A stretch of 62,514 nucleotides of DNA, filler included, from Nanobdellota archaeon (GTDB lineage: Archaea > Nanobdellota > Nanobdellia > Woesearchaeales > CAZZGN01), in NCBI GenBank assembly GCA_051819665.1. It is 6 parts of 6 records of this genome, joined end to end, with 100 filler letters (N's around TTAATTAATTAA, not from the genome) between each part and the next. Parts side by side here need not be neighbours in the genome. Positions count along the whole stretch, not along the records: positions 34,678 to 44,057 come from JBNJDG010000037.1; positions 44,158 to 53,416 come from JBNJDG010000038.1; 4 more parts are not named here. One strand, 5' to 3'. The notes under the pieces were generated by a model, which was given only the letters and a program-made list of their open reading frames with translations, had not been told where the DNA came from and made no database searches. How positions within the stretch are numbered: the first letter of the stretch is position 1; every line of letters begins with the position of its first letter. Shown here in pieces: positions 38,676 to 49,055 of this stretch. Both the position numbers and the translations under genes were made by a program.

Positions 38676-41600
38676 TTATATCTTTGATATGAATCCTCTT
38701 CTAGGTTCGAAGATATCCCCTGACCTCTTAAGTTTTTCTATTGATTCCTCTACTTTCTCTTCAGTCATGCCTTTTTCCGAAGCGGCATTTATTATCTCCT
38801 CAATCGGGATAGTCTTCCCGAATTTATCCTCTAACTCGTTTATTATCTCCCTGACATTGACTATCTTGCTCCTCTCGGTAGTAGTTATTCCGGTAGTTAT
38901 ACGGTCAATGTCTATCTCACCGGTTTCGGGATCGAAGCCTACCTGTGCGAGAGAATAATGAAGCAGTTCCACTGCCCTTTTTGCATCCAGCTTCGAGACC
39001 TTGTTTGAAAGCCTGAGCTTTGCCGAGGATTCTGCTATCCTCACTAATGCCTCAAGCTGTCTTGCAGAGATAGGGACGCTCTTGACCTCATTTTCGGATT
39101 GTCCCTTCTGTCTCATCTTGATATAATATCTCTTGATCTCCTCAATGGCGTTATTGGTGAGCTGGGGAGTGATCTTCTGCCTCGCATAGGCGATGTATTT
39201 TCTTATGAGCTCGGTGCTTATCTCCCCTCCCTCTCCTGTCGGATTCTTATGGAGATTGAGTATGAAAGAGGCCATCTTATCGTCCTTATCCTGATCAGGC
39301 AGGTCTCTTACTGGGAATATGAGGTCGAAACGGTTTATTAGTGTTGGTGGCAGGTCGATCTGTTTTGAGATCACCTCGTAAGGGTCGAAGCGTCCGAATT
39401 TAGGGTTTGCTGCAGCAAGGACAGTTGTCTGGGACCTTAGTGTTGCCTGGATATTGGCCTTTGAGATTGTTATCGTGTTGTGGAGCACTGCCCCCTGGCT
39501 GATGAAAGTCTGGTTAGGGAACATAGTGACATCATATACATAAGGGACAGTTTCAGTGACCCTATCCTTCTCCTTGATTCCCATGAGACTGAGATCCGAT
39601 TCAAGGAACCTGCTTATCTGTTCAAGTTCCTCTTCTATAGGCTCAAGCTTATTTTTCATTTTCTGTTCGAGGATGCCTTTGAACATCTCTGTGTTCCCCT
39701 GTTCTTCATGGTTATACACAGTGGAAGGTGAACATCCGGCGGTCTCCGCTATGTCTTTAACGTGTATGTTTGCGTTTCTTCTCAGTCCTCTGAAGGAACC
39801 TGTCTGTCTTATCTTATTTATCCTTTCTCTGGCCCGCAGAACATGTTTCATAACTGTTCTCCTGTTAGAATTATGGCCTCTTTTTATGACATTAGTGAAA
39901 TATCCATCATCTATCTTCAAAGACTTCAATATGTTCTTCACCCTGAGGACCATGTCTATAGGCACAGTGTCCCTGTAATTAGCTTTATTATAACTCCTGC
40001 CTGTTAGTCCCTTTACTTTTTCGAGCCTTTCATCTTTCCTGTCGATGACTGATTCGCTGAATGTTTTTTTTCCTTCCGGGCTGGTTATGATTGTTTTGAA
40101 ATATCTCTTATCTCCCCTTTCTTCTGTTCTTATGATGCTTGTTATGCCAAGATCCAGGAGAAGGTCCTGATAATCCTCGGCAAGCTTTCTTGAAGCTGTC
40201 GTGAAACCGAAATCGCTATTATCATAATAACCGTCCCCCCTGAATGCGGCGCAGAGGAACTCAGTTTTTATCTCTTTGGTCTCCTTCATGATAACCTGAG
40301 GGGCCCTCTTCAGAGGAGCTTTACAAAGGAGCTCGGGGAAATTCTTCCTGAAAAATTCATAAAGAGGCTTTGAGGGGCACCTGATAGTGTAAAGGTCAAG
40401 TGTGGCTCTCTTCCTTGATTCTTTCTTATGTATGTTGATGTTTATGCTTGTTTCAAACACCCCTTCGAACAATGACTTCACTTCCTCTTTGATCTCATCC
40501 GAGGTGGTGCTTATACCTATCTCAGCATATCTATTGGAGGGATTGTTATGACTATGGCCTTCAGATATGAAATATCCGAGGAGTTTTGATAAGCCTCTGG
40601 ATAAGTATTCAGGGAATGTTATCGGTTTGTTGTTAGGCTTCTTTGGGATGACCTTTTCCAGTGTTTGTGATTCACCTGTAATGCCTGATCTTTTCGGACA
40701 AGGCACGAGTTCGTCCCCTTTTATGGAGTCAGCGGGCACTTCGACAAATTTTCCGTTCCTGTATACCCACATTGGGTGTTCCGGGGTGACTTTTATCGTC
40801 CTGCCGTTCTGAAAAGTGAACCTGACAAAGTATTCAGGAGGTGTATGTCTGCTTATCCTGTCAATATTAGTTTCATATACCTGGTTGAAATCAGTTGTAA
40901 CCATGGAGATATCTTTCGGGAAAGAGAATTCACATCTTATACCTTCAACTTTCTTCTCCTCTTTCATAATTTTTTCAACGAGATTTCCCATCCTGACTCT
41001 GGTTCCGTCTGAGAGCCTTATTTCAGTCTCCGGGTGATAACTCTGCCCTTCCAGCGCTTCGTGCATGGCGCTCCTGTCCTCATCGGTCATCTTGTCAAGC
41101 TCGTCTATAGCGCACATTCCCTTATTAGCAAGCACCAAAGCTCCTGCTTCCAGGCTCCAGCCTTTCAGGAACTCATCCTTGACTACAGAGGCGGTAAGAC
41201 CTGCACCGGATGCTCCCTTACCCGAGACGAATCTGGCTTTAGGGGCCACTTTGGACATCCTTTTAAGCAATTGTGACTTACCCGAACCAGGGTCCCCGAT
41301 AAGGAGGACGTGCATGTCTCCTCTTGTCACTCCTCCGTCTGTCCTTTCTTTCTTTATTCCCCCCACCATCTGGTAGAGGAGGGCCTCTTTTATCTTATCA
41401 TAGCCGTAGACAGAGGGAGCTACAGATTCCACAAGTTTCTTGTTGATATCATTATTCTCAGCAAGATCGAGGATCTCGTCTTCCTCTTCCTGGGTGATCT
41501 CTATCTCTCCGAAATCCTCACTGGAGGAATCCACATAGTTAGCTTCAATGAGGAGGTCATATCTTGTTGATGTACCTCCGGTGTTAAGGGTCACAGGCAC

Positions 41601-42302
41601 TTCCTTCACAAAGCCGTTGAGGATGATCTTGGTTCCGGGGTTGGTTTTCTTGTCAGAGAGGGGGCTCACAAGGTCAGCTTTCAGGAAGACGTTCATCCTC
41701 TTCGGTTGTTCTCCTCCTTCCAGTCCGTCAGGGGATTCTTCAAGGACTATGCCCTGGGCATCCACAAGCTCCTTTGTCATGAGCATGAACTTGCCTTTCC
41801 TGCCGCATCCGCATCTTGTTGGTTCCTTGAACTTGGAGTCAAGCTGAAGGACGGAGATGACATTCCCACAACTGGGGCATTCGAATTTTGCATTCGTGAC
41901 CTGGGGCCTTACATCGGTCTTCTGTCTTACAATACCCTCTATGTGCAGGAATTTCCCGATATGCTCGCTCCTGATGTTCCTTATCATCAGGTGCTGGTTA
42001 GAAGGAAGGTTGTAGAACCTCACATATAATTTTTTTATATCCTTTGCGAAGTCAAAATCCGTCACGGCCACTTCGCATGCCTTTAAGACATCCTCCGGGT
42101 TTTCCAGCAGCTCTTCAGAAAGGTCCGGATCGAATTTTATTAAACTTGAGAAATCAATTGAGATATGTTTCAGGCCCTTCCTTACGGTTTCCAGGAGCTC
42201 ACCATAATAGTTATCTTCCACGAATTGTTTGAATCTTCTTATGTGCTCCGTGGTCTCCATCTGTTTTTCTTCTTCCTGTTGTGCGGATTTTGCCTGGTCC
42301 AT
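38676..42302 (-). CDS. mcm: MCM replicative helicase containing one intein
   Basis: CPSC/CGC Zn finger, GDPGSGKSQ, LEAGALVLA, IDELDKM, AAANPKFGRF, RFDLIF, SARQLE. Confidence 0.97.
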   Translation of the reverse strand: MDQAKSAQQEEEKQMETTEHIRRFKQFVEDNYYGELLETVRKGLKHISIDFSSLIKFDPDLSEELLENPEDVLKACEVAVTDFDFAKDIKKLYVRFYNLPSNQHLMIRNIRSEHIGKFLHIEGIVRQKTDVRPQVTNAKFECPSCGNVISVLQLDSKFKEPTRCGCGRKGKFMLMTKELVDAQGIVLEESPDGLEGGEQPKRMNVFLKADLVSPLSDKKTNPGTKIILNGFVKEVPVTLNTGGTSTRYDLLIEANYVDSSSEDFGEIEITQEEEDEILDLAENNDINKKLVESVAPSVYGYDKIKEALLYQMVGGIKKERTDGGVTRGDMHVLLIGDPGSGKSQLLKRMSKVAPKARFVSGKGASGAGLTASVVKDEFLKGWSLEAGALVLANKGMCAIDELDKMTDEDRSAMHEALEGQSYHPETEIRLSDGTRVRMGNLVEKIMKEEKKVEGIRCEFSFPKDISMVTTDFNQVYETNIDRISRHTPPEYFVRFTFQNGRTIKVTPEHPMWVYRNGKFVEVPADSIKGDELVPCPKRSGITGESQTLEKVIPKKPNNKPITFPEYLSRGLSKLLGYFISEGHSHNNPSNRYAEIGISTTSDEIKEEVKSLFEGVFETSININIHKKESRKRATLDLYTIRCPSKPLYEFFRKNFPELLCKAPLKRAPQVIMKETKEIKTEFLCAAFRGDGYYDNSDFGFTTASRKLAEDYQDLLLDLGITSIIRTEERGDKRYFKTIITSPEGKKTFSESVIDRKDERLEKVKGLTGRSYNKANYRDTVPIDMVLRVKNILKSLKIDDGYFTNVIKRGHNSNRRTVMKHVLRARERINKIRQTGSFRGLRRNANIHVKDIAETAGCSPSTVYNHEEQGNTEMFKGILEQKMKNKLEPIEEELEQISRFLESDLSLMGIKEKDRVTETVPYVYDVTMFPNQTFISQGAVLHNTITISKANIQATLRSQTTVLAAANPKFGRFDPYEVISKQIDLPPTLINRFDLIFPVRDLPDQDKDDKMASFILNLHKNPTGEGGEISTELIRKYIAYARQKITPQLTNNAIEEIKRYYIKMRQKGQSENEVKSVPISARQLEALVRIAESSAKLRLSNKVSKLDAKRAVELLHYSLAQVGFDPETGEIDIDRITTGITTTERSKIVNVREIINELEDKFGKTIPIEEIINAASEKGMTEEKVEESIEKLKRSGDIFEPRRGFISKI
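39477..41042 (-). mobile_element. intein (522 aa) with LAGLIDADG homing endonuclease in MCM
   Basis: Inserted at HEALEGQ|TITISK; begins SYHPET, block B VTPEHP, LLGYFISEG and AAFRGDG, ends VYDVT...VLHN followed by Thr. Confidence 0.93.
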
Positions 42303-42386
42303 ATGATATAGGTACCTCTAATCTTAAATAAATCTTAAGCGAATAAGTCCAGTGTCCAGTGGTCTTGTAAATCGACCGGAAACTGC

Positions 42387-42932
42387 TTATTTCATGACCC
42401 TGCCGAGATTATGCTTGAGCTTTTCCAGAGCTGTGTGGACTTCGTCCTCGCTCTTTGTTCCTGTGCAGACTATCTTCCCGTTGGTGAACAGAAGGAAGGT
42501 TGCCTTCGCATCAGGAAGTTTATAGACCAATCCCGGGAACTGTTCCGGTTCATATTCAGTGTTCGTAAGCTTCATAGCGAGCGTGTTCAGGTTCAGGTCC
42601 ATCCCGAGGTTGCCTGAAGCGACGATGTTCTGGATATTGATCTTCGGCTGGATCGTTATTTTCACGTTTATCTTCTGAAGGCTCTCCTTTATCTTCACTA
42701 TAGATTTGTCCACTTCATCAAGGTTCTTTGCACCTGTGCATACTACCTTTCCTGAGCTGAAGATAAGCGCGGATGTATTAGGTTCCCTGATCCTGATTAC
42801 AAGTCCGGGAAACTGTTCCGGGTTGTATTCCGTGTTAGGAAGCGTAGCGGCCATCTTCTCCAAAGGAATATCATGTTCCAGAGAAGTACTCACCACGATG
42901 TTAACAATCTGTATGTCTTTTTCGTTAGTCAT
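42387..42932 (-). CDS. tbp: TATA-box binding protein
   Basis: Two repeats of EY.PEQFPGLV ... LIFSSGKVVCTG / LLFTNGKIVCTG. Confidence 0.97.
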   Translation of the reverse strand: MTNEKDIQIVNIVVSTSLEHDIPLEKMAATLPNTEYNPEQFPGLVIRIREPNTSALIFSSGKVVCTGAKNLDEVDKSIVKIKESLQKINVKITIQPKINIQNIVASGNLGMDLNLNTLAMKLTNTEYEPEQFPGLVYKLPDAKATFLLFTNGKIVCTGTKSEDEVHTALEKLKHNLGRVMK

Positions 42933-43038
42933 TTGTTAAACCCCCGTAGACTGTATATATAAAGTCGGATTAGCTTATTTATAAATACTTTGGTTTTTAA
43001 ATCCTTTTGTTTTGAAGTATTGATTTTAGTTGGGGTAC

Positions 43039-43142
43039 CCCCATTGTTTCTTGTGGAGAATCGGCCATAATACCAAAATTTTTGCTTCTCAGCGGTTTGT
43101 GTGGAATTATCATCAAATCAAGACCCCATTGTTTCTTGTGGA
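43039..43142 (-). promoter_or_regulatory. two ORB-like boxes (candidate replication origin)
   Basis: Exact 19-bp direct repeat, reverse complement TCCACAAGAAACAATGGGG, at 43039-43057 and 43124-43142; fits the ORB pattern TCCA-N3-GAAA-N-GGGG. Confidence 0.65.
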
Positions 43143-43211
43143 ACTTTTTGCTTGAGAGAGGTTTTAAAAGATGTTGCATCATATATATATTTTATCAACA
43201 TATTTCTCTTT

Positions 43212-43625
43212 CTACTCTTGTATTCTTATCTTTACATCTCTGCCCGTAATATTTTCTTGGAATCTACCTTTATTCGTTTCGAGGACATACTTAGCTTTCC
43301 CTTCATATGTTCTGCAGGGATCTTTTTTGCATGGTTCTGCATGATGTATCTCATTTATTCTCTTGTCTTCCCCGATGAATATGATGTCTAAAGGAAGCTT
43401 TGTATCTTTCATCCAGAAACTCCTTTCTTTCTCCTCCCTGAAGATGAAGAGCATGCCGCAGTCATCACAAAGCTCTTCCCTGTGCATGAGGCCTTTCTCT
43501 CTTTCTTCTGGTGTATCCGCGATCTCCACCTCGATCCTCTCCTCATCTACGATGACATGCGGCGAACTGCAGCCGGTAAGGAGTATAACTATTATGATGA
43601 GGCCGATCAAAAGCTTAGTCTTCAT
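43212..43625 (-). CDS. DUF192 family lipoprotein
   Basis: LLTGC lipobox; EIADT..ER.KGLM, GMLF, FWMKDT..PLDIIF, YVLET. Confidence 0.9.
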   Translation of the reverse strand: MKTKLLIGLIIIVILLTGCSSPHVIVDEERIEVEIADTPEEREKGLMHREELCDDCGMLFIFREEKERSFWMKDTKLPLDIIFIGEDKRINEIHHAEPCKKDPCRTYEGKAKYVLETNKGRFQENITGRDVKIRIQE

Positions 43626-44057
43626 GGTCTATCCTCTTCTTTGCAAGGATGTACATCGCATGGCTCCATCCGAGGGGCTTTACTGAAACCTGAAGTTCAT
43701 TATCGAAGATCTGCTCAGGTATAAGCTCTCCTTTCAGGTCTTCCATAACCTTGTCATAATATCTCCTGTCTCCTGTTATGAGGGTCATCCAGAAATTGAG
43801 CACGGGCCAGTACCCTGCGCCTTTCTTACGATGATAACCTTTGTACATCCATCCATCATATTCATCATGCTCATATCTATACACACCTTTATCTTTGGTG
43901 AGCTTCTCTCCGATCAACTCTATTGTCCTCTTCATCCTCGGCTCTTCCTTATCCACTATATTGAAAGGCCATACAAGCCCGAGTAGAGAGGCATCCACCC
44001 TTTTGTCATCTATCTTCCCCGTGCTTCTCCTGAAGTATCCTTCCTGTTCGAGTATCT
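43615..44057 (-). CDS. GH15 glucoamylase-like protein, C-terminal part
   Basis: DASLLGL, GVYRY.HD.Y, W...NFW, IPEQ, PLGWSHAMYI. Confidence 0.85.
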
Positions 44058-44157
44058 NNNNNNNNNNNNNNNNNNNNNNNNNNNNNNNNNNNNNNNNNNN
44101 NTTAATTAATTAANNNNNNNNNNNNNNNNNNNNNNNNNNNNNNNNNNNNNNNNNNNN
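44058..44157. other. artificial contig-joining linker
   Basis: N44-TTAATTAATTAA-N44. Confidence 0.98.
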
Positions 44158-44282
44158 AGCAAAGCCTTGTTCTGCAAGGACGATGCGGTCTGGATAAGAA
44201 CTCCTGCTGCTATTGCAGCGACAAGAATCATCGCTATGAAGATTATCAGGGTCCCTATACCCATCTCAGCTTTTTTTCTCAT
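44158..44282 (-). CDS. arlB: archaellin (3'-truncated)
   Basis: [42 protein letters not shown] then gap; absent from the ORF track. Confidence 0.92.
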
Positions 44283-44422
44283 ATAACCACCCTCTTATAG
44301 TTTTATGTATATTAAATCTTTCATAATTTTATATTTATATTTTTCGGTAATACGGAACAAACATACAAATGCCTTTCCCATATTGAAAAACAACAGAATA
44401 AAAGAATAAGAAGTATCCCAGT

Positions 44423-45019
44423 TTATGGGAATACTGTAACTCTCTGTTCAGAGATTATATCAGGCATTGCCGTCGTAACAACTGCCGGATTACCTATCTT
44501 AGGAACCATCCTGATCTCGATGGTCTCGTCCTCAGTGACGTTCCTCTTGGTCTGGAAGCACAGCTTTCCTATATCTCCTCTCTGTAGGTAACCTTCCTCA
44601 AACTGGGAACCGGTTATAAGGTAATCCACTGCAAAACCTTCCTTCACGGAACTGTTGTCATATTGGGGCACATTATTCTCACAATCAGCTGTGGAGTTGT
44701 AAGTGTAATCGTAATTCGCATCCTTCAGAGAGACCTCCATCAACATCTCCTCGAACTTGACAGGATCTGAACCTGGTGCAAGCTTCAGTTTGGAGAAGAA
44801 AGTCTTCACTGAGCTGTCTGTAGAACCATCTTCAGCATAAACCAGCATCGGCTTTATGCTCGTCGATACCTGCTGTTGTGATCTCTCACCTGTAAGCAAA
44901 GCCTTGTTCTGCAAGGACGATGCGGTCTGGATAAGAACACCTGCAGCTATTGCCGCAACAAGGATCATCGCTATAAAGATTATCAGGGTCCCTATACCCA
45001 TTTCTGCTTTTTTTCTCAT
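44423..45019 (-). CDS. arlB: archaellin
   Basis: Class III signal [33 protein letters not shown]. Confidence 0.95.
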   Translation of the reverse strand: MRKKAEMGIGTLIIFIAMILVAAIAAGVLIQTASSLQNKALLTGERSQQQVSTSIKPMLVYAEDGSTDSSVKTFFSKLKLAPGSDPVKFEEMLMEVSLKDANYDYTYNSTADCENNVPQYDNSSVKEGFAVDYLITGSQFEEGYLQRGDIGKLCFQTKRNVTEDETIEIRMVPKIGNPAVVTTAMPDIISEQRVTVFP

Positions 45020-45130
45020 GTTTAACCACCCTCTATGTGTGTTTATTGAAAGTTTCTGAGAAACAGCCTTATATAAATCTTTGGATAATTATGTGGATTT
45101 ATAAAGATAAATAAAGATAATAAAAAGAAT

Positions 45131-45736
45131 TCAAGGGTAAATGGTTACCCTCTTTTCAGACAGTATATCAGGCATTGCTGTCTCTATAGGCGCCTGATTA
45201 CCTATCTTCGGGATAAGCCTTATAGCGAAGTTCTCGTCCTCAGTGACGTTCCTCTTGGTCTGGAAGCACAACTTCGATATATCCCCTCTCTGCAGATAAC
45301 CGTCAGAGAAGCTGGAACCCTTGATCAGGTAATCAATTGCAAATCCTTCATGGACAGTCTCGTTGAAGACAGGCACATTATTCTCACAGTCCGCCGTACC
45401 ATTAAAGTTATAATCATACGACGCATTATTCAGTGAGACCTCTACAAGCATCTCATCAAACTTCACCGGATTGGAACCCGGGGCAAGTTTCATCTTCATA
45501 TAAAACGTCTTTACGTTGTTCCCCGTCGAACCATCTTCAGCATAGAGAAGCATCGGCTTAAGACTCGTCGATACCTGCTGTTGTGATCTCTCGCCTGTAA
45601 GCAAAGCCTTGTTCTGCAAGGACGATGCGGTCTGGATAAGAACCCCTGCTGCTATTGCCGCAACAAGAATCATGGCAATAAAGATAATCAAAGTCCCGAT
45701 TCCCATCTCTGCTTTTTTCTTGACTTTATTTTTCAT
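45131..45736 (-). CDS. arlB: archaellin
   Basis: Same N-terminus; GAGGTGA SD before ATG 45736. Confidence 0.95.
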   Translation of the reverse strand: MKNKVKKKAEMGIGTLIIFIAMILVAAIAAGVLIQTASSLQNKALLTGERSQQQVSTSLKPMLLYAEDGSTGNNVKTFYMKMKLAPGSNPVKFDEMLVEVSLNNASYDYNFNGTADCENNVPVFNETVHEGFAIDYLIKGSSFSDGYLQRGDISKLCFQTKRNVTEDENFAIRLIPKIGNQAPIETAMPDILSEKRVTIYP

Positions 45737-45771
45737 TCGAATCACCTCTAAAGGGCAAGACCCTTATCCTT

Positions 45772-46347
45772 TTAAGGATAAATAGTCACCCTTTTTTCTG
45801 ACATTATGTCGGGCATTGCTGTGTGGATAGGAGCCTGACTTCCTATTTTTGGGATTAATGTGATTTCTACATTCTCGTCTTCTGTGACATTCCTCGATGT
45901 GCTGAAACAAAGGTTCACCACATCCCCTCTCTGCAGGTAGCCTTCCGAAAGTCCTGAACCTTCAATAAGGTAATCTATAGCAAATCCCTCACTATAGGCA
46001 GGCGGAGCAGTACAGTTAGCTGTTGAATTGAAAGTAAGGTCATCAGATCTGTCCTTGAGGGAGACCTCCACAAGCATCTCGCCGAACTTCACTGGATCTG
46101 AGCCAGGAGCAAGCTTCACCTTCAGGTAAAAAGTATCAACCTGAGCATTAGTCCCGTTCTCCGCATAAAGCACCATCGGCCTCAAACTTGTAGATATCTG
46201 GTCCTGCGATCTCTTACCTGTAAGCAGGGCCTTGTTCTGCAAGGACGATGCAGTCTGGATAAGAACACCTGCTGCTATCGCCGCAACAAGGATCATCGCT
46301 ATGAAGATGATCAAAGTCCCGATTCCCATTTCAGCTTTCTTTTTCAT
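45772..46347 (-). CDS. arlB: archaellin
   Basis: Same N-terminus; own TATA promoter upstream. Confidence 0.95.
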   Translation of the reverse strand: MKKKAEMGIGTLIIFIAMILVAAIAAGVLIQTASSLQNKALLTGKRSQDQISTSLRPMVLYAENGTNAQVDTFYLKVKLAPGSDPVKFGEMLVEVSLKDRSDDLTFNSTANCTAPPAYSEGFAIDYLIEGSGLSEGYLQRGDVVNLCFSTSRNVTEDENVEITLIPKIGSQAPIHTAMPDIMSEKRVTIYP

Positions 46348-46710
46348 GATAACACCTCTTGAATCTTAATGTGATAATCCTACTATTAGTATTCATTTTT
46401 GTATACTGGGATATGGTTATTTATAAATTTTTTCAAAATACGCAACTAATTCGGCTAAACCGAAAAACTCATAGAATGAAAAATAGATTTCATTTTCAGA
46501 AAAAAAGATAAAAAAACAATAAAAAGCATAAAAAAAGCTTAAAATAATCTATTTAATCTTAAAAAATCAAATAACAACAAAATAATTAAAATAAATGAAT
46601 AAAAAATAAATAGAAATCAAAAATAATAATAAAAAATAAAAGAAAAGAACAAAATAAAACAATTTACACTTCTTTAGGATTATAAAAATAAAAATATCTC
46701 TCTAAGAGTA

Positions 46711-47316
46711 TCAGGAGTATAATTTAACGTATTTTTTTGTAATCACATCAGGAGTCACGAAAGAAGCTGTTGAAGGAGAGCCCTTATCAGGGACAAATCT
46801 TATCTCAACTTCCTCATCTTCCCCTACCTGCCTCGGAGAAGCGAAACATAATTTCACCATCTCACCCCTTTTTAGATGGGCTTGTTCACTATCAGAAGAT
46901 TTAATATACTCTACTGTGAAAGTACCGTTGCCATTATCCGCATCAGTGAAATATCCATCGCCTGATGAGTTTGTGACATTATCACAAGCTTCAGGACTGT
47001 AAGAAAGATCAGCAGACATATTGGACAGACTGAGAGAGATCATAGCTTCCGAAAGGTCCATTGCATCAGAACCAGGAGCAAGCTTTATCTGCTCTTCAAA
47101 GAAACGTACTCCACCCTCTGTACCATCAAAAGCTGATATGTGCATCACGACTGCTCTTGTGGAAACTGCCGACTGCGAAGCCTTCGAAGTCATAAGAGCC
47201 TTCTGTTGGAGGGAATCCGCCGACTGGATGAAAACGCCTGCTGTTATTGCAGCTACGAAGATCATAGCTATGAATATTATAAGGGATCCGATGCCGACTT
47301 CAGCCTTTTTTGTCAT
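46711..47316 (-). CDS. arlB: divergent (minor) archaellin
   Basis: [33 protein letters not shown]; coupled to arlJ. Confidence 0.9.
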   Translation of the reverse strand: MTKKAEVGIGSLIIFIAMIFVAAITAGVFIQSADSLQQKALMTSKASQSAVSTRAVVMHISAFDGTEGGVRFFEEQIKLAPGSDAMDLSEAMISLSLSNMSADLSYSPEACDNVTNSSGDGYFTDADNGNGTFTVEYIKSSDSEQAHLKRGEMVKLCFASPRQVGEDEEVEIRFVPDKGSPSTASFVTPDVITKKYVKLYS

Positions 47317-49055
47317 CCTCCACCCCCCGGCGCTGTTCCGTTACCGGCAGAAGCGTTCATATTCGAAGCAAGGTCGGGCATCATACTATCTATGACATTA
47401 GGGAGCAGCCAGCTTATGAAAGCACCTATCCACAGCATGAAGACAAGGTCGAAGATAGCAGCATAATTATTCCCACCATCAACGATCTTTATGACAAGCG
47501 AAGACACTATGCAATGTACAACAACCATTATACCGATGTACATCGAAATCTGGGCAAAATCAAAGTTCATCGAAGCAGGGGGAGCTATCGAACTCACAAC
47601 ACTCGCCATATACCCGCTGTCACTCCCGGAGATGCCAGAGATCGGAGATTTGAAAAGCATCGCAAGCATCTCAGTTATCTTGGCAGAAACATAGCTCGCT
47701 GCAGCAAAACCAACGAGAGAACCATAGAAAGCACCTCTCAGAGAGGAAGCAAGCTGCAGCCTCAATTTCCTGAGAGATAGAAGCCTTGAAAAATTCTTGC
47801 TGACGATCTCCCCTATCTTCTCCGCATTACCGCCAAGGTAGATCGTCTCGGTGAATATCTGAGTGAAATTGGTTATGAGATTACTTCCTGATTCCTGAGC
47901 AAAAAGGGCCCATGACCTGTACTTATTATTCCCCAACCTAAGACGCCTGTAAAGAGAGATGACCATATTATTAAGAACTCCGAAATCATGCACCTGAAGG
48001 CTCCTCAGGCTGGATATGACCGCACCAACCTTCACCTCGATTATAGACCCAAGAGCTCTTACAAAAGAAGGGAAAGCCTTATCCCTTGTATATATTAGTT
48101 TCTCATGATTCTGGGCATAAAAACCCACAACAAGGAGGGGACTAAAGCCTATAGCAAAATTGAAGAGGAAGGGAAGCTTGTCCACATACAAAAGGAACAG
48201 GGTGAAAAGTATTGAGATAGGTGCAAAGACGAAGAAATTCCTGATGACCTTCTTCATCTCCTGATCCTTCTCCTTCATGGTGTGACAGAGCCTGTCAGCA
48301 GGTATGAATGACTTGACGATTATATAAAGGAAAATATCCACTGCCACTATGATCCCGAGACTTACCTGAACCACAAAGTTTATGGATATACCGGCCACGA
48401 CGGGCAGTAAAAGGGCTGTTGCCATCACGAAGGCTATTGCTATCGTGAGAGAGACGAAGACATCCTGCATCAGCCTGATGTTCTCCAAAGCCTTCTTATA
48501 CTGTGACTCGAAATGATCCATCATTGAGTCCTGTTCTTCTGCAAGGAAGACCTTCAGGTCCTGTCCGAAGTCCATCATGACCGCAAAACGATCAAGGAAA
48601 TCCGAGAAGATCTTGGAAGGGGTTATCTCCGCTATCTTCCTCGCTGATTTGGAGAACCCGAGATTCCAGGATTTGGAGAAATAGAATATCTTCTCAGTGA
48701 TCTTCGATATATCCCCGAACCTCTTGGCATCAGAGAGTCTCTTGAACAGGATATTCCTCTGTATATCAGCTGTAGCAAGCGTTCCAGCATAAGTGATCAT
48801 CAGATGGAGATTCTCATCTATATTGGTTGCACTCTTCTTGTACATCAGATAAGGATAAAGTAAGATGAAACCCATCCCGGAGATTATTATGAATACAGGC
48901 ACATAAACCGGAAGAGTCGGAAGGAAGAGGAAGACACCTATCGCAAAAAGAAATGTCATACCAAAGACGGGCAAAGCAAGCTTAGAGAGATATTCATCTA
49001 CAGAGAGGAAACCCACATTGGCTACCATCTTCTCAAGCTGCTTTTCAACACCCAT
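47313..49055 (-). CDS. arlJ: archaellum membrane platform protein ArlJ (FlaJ)
   Basis: Polytopic; TPS..FSDFLDRFA, FPSFVRALG, HDFG.L..LYRRL, LGGN. Confidence 0.93.
   Translation of the reverse strand: MGVEKQLEKMVANVGFLSVDEYLSKLALPVFGMTFLFAIGVFLFLPTLPVYVPVFIIISGMGFILLYPYLMYKKSATNIDENLHLMITYAGTLATADIQRNILFKRLSDAKRFGDISKITEKIFYFSKSWNLGFSKSARKIAEITPSKIFSDFLDRFAVMMDFGQDLKVFLAEEQDSMMDHFESQYKKALENIRLMQDVFVSLTIAIAFVMATALLLPVVAGISINFVVQVSLGIIVAVDIFLYIIVKSFIPADRLCHTMKEKDQEMKKVIRNFFVFAPISILFTLFLLYVDKLPFLFNFAIGFSPLLVVGFYAQNHEKLIYTRDKAFPSFVRALGSIIEVKVGAVISSLRSLQVHDFGVLNNMVISLYRRLRLGNNKYRSWALFAQESGSNLITNFTQIFTETIYLGGNAEKIGEIVSKNFSRLLSLRKLRLQLASSLRGAFYGSLVGFAAASYVSAKITEMLAMLFKSPISGISGSDSGYMASVVSSIAPPASMNFDFAQISMYIGIMVVVHCIVSSLVIKIVDGGNNYAAIFDLVFMLWIGAFISWLLPNVIDSMMPDLASNMNASAGNGTAPGGGG

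Noticed and set aside
42997..43391. Short ORFs across the tbp upstream region
   Set aside because: No coding signature; the region is better explained as intergenic DNA with ORB-like repeats.
44158..46347. Near-identical ~130-bp repeats suggesting a DGR or cassette system
   Set aside because: Explained by conserved archaellin N-termini; differences are mostly synonymous and no reverse transcriptase is present.
47310..47780. 156-aa plus-strand ORF
   Set aside because: Antisense to arlJ.
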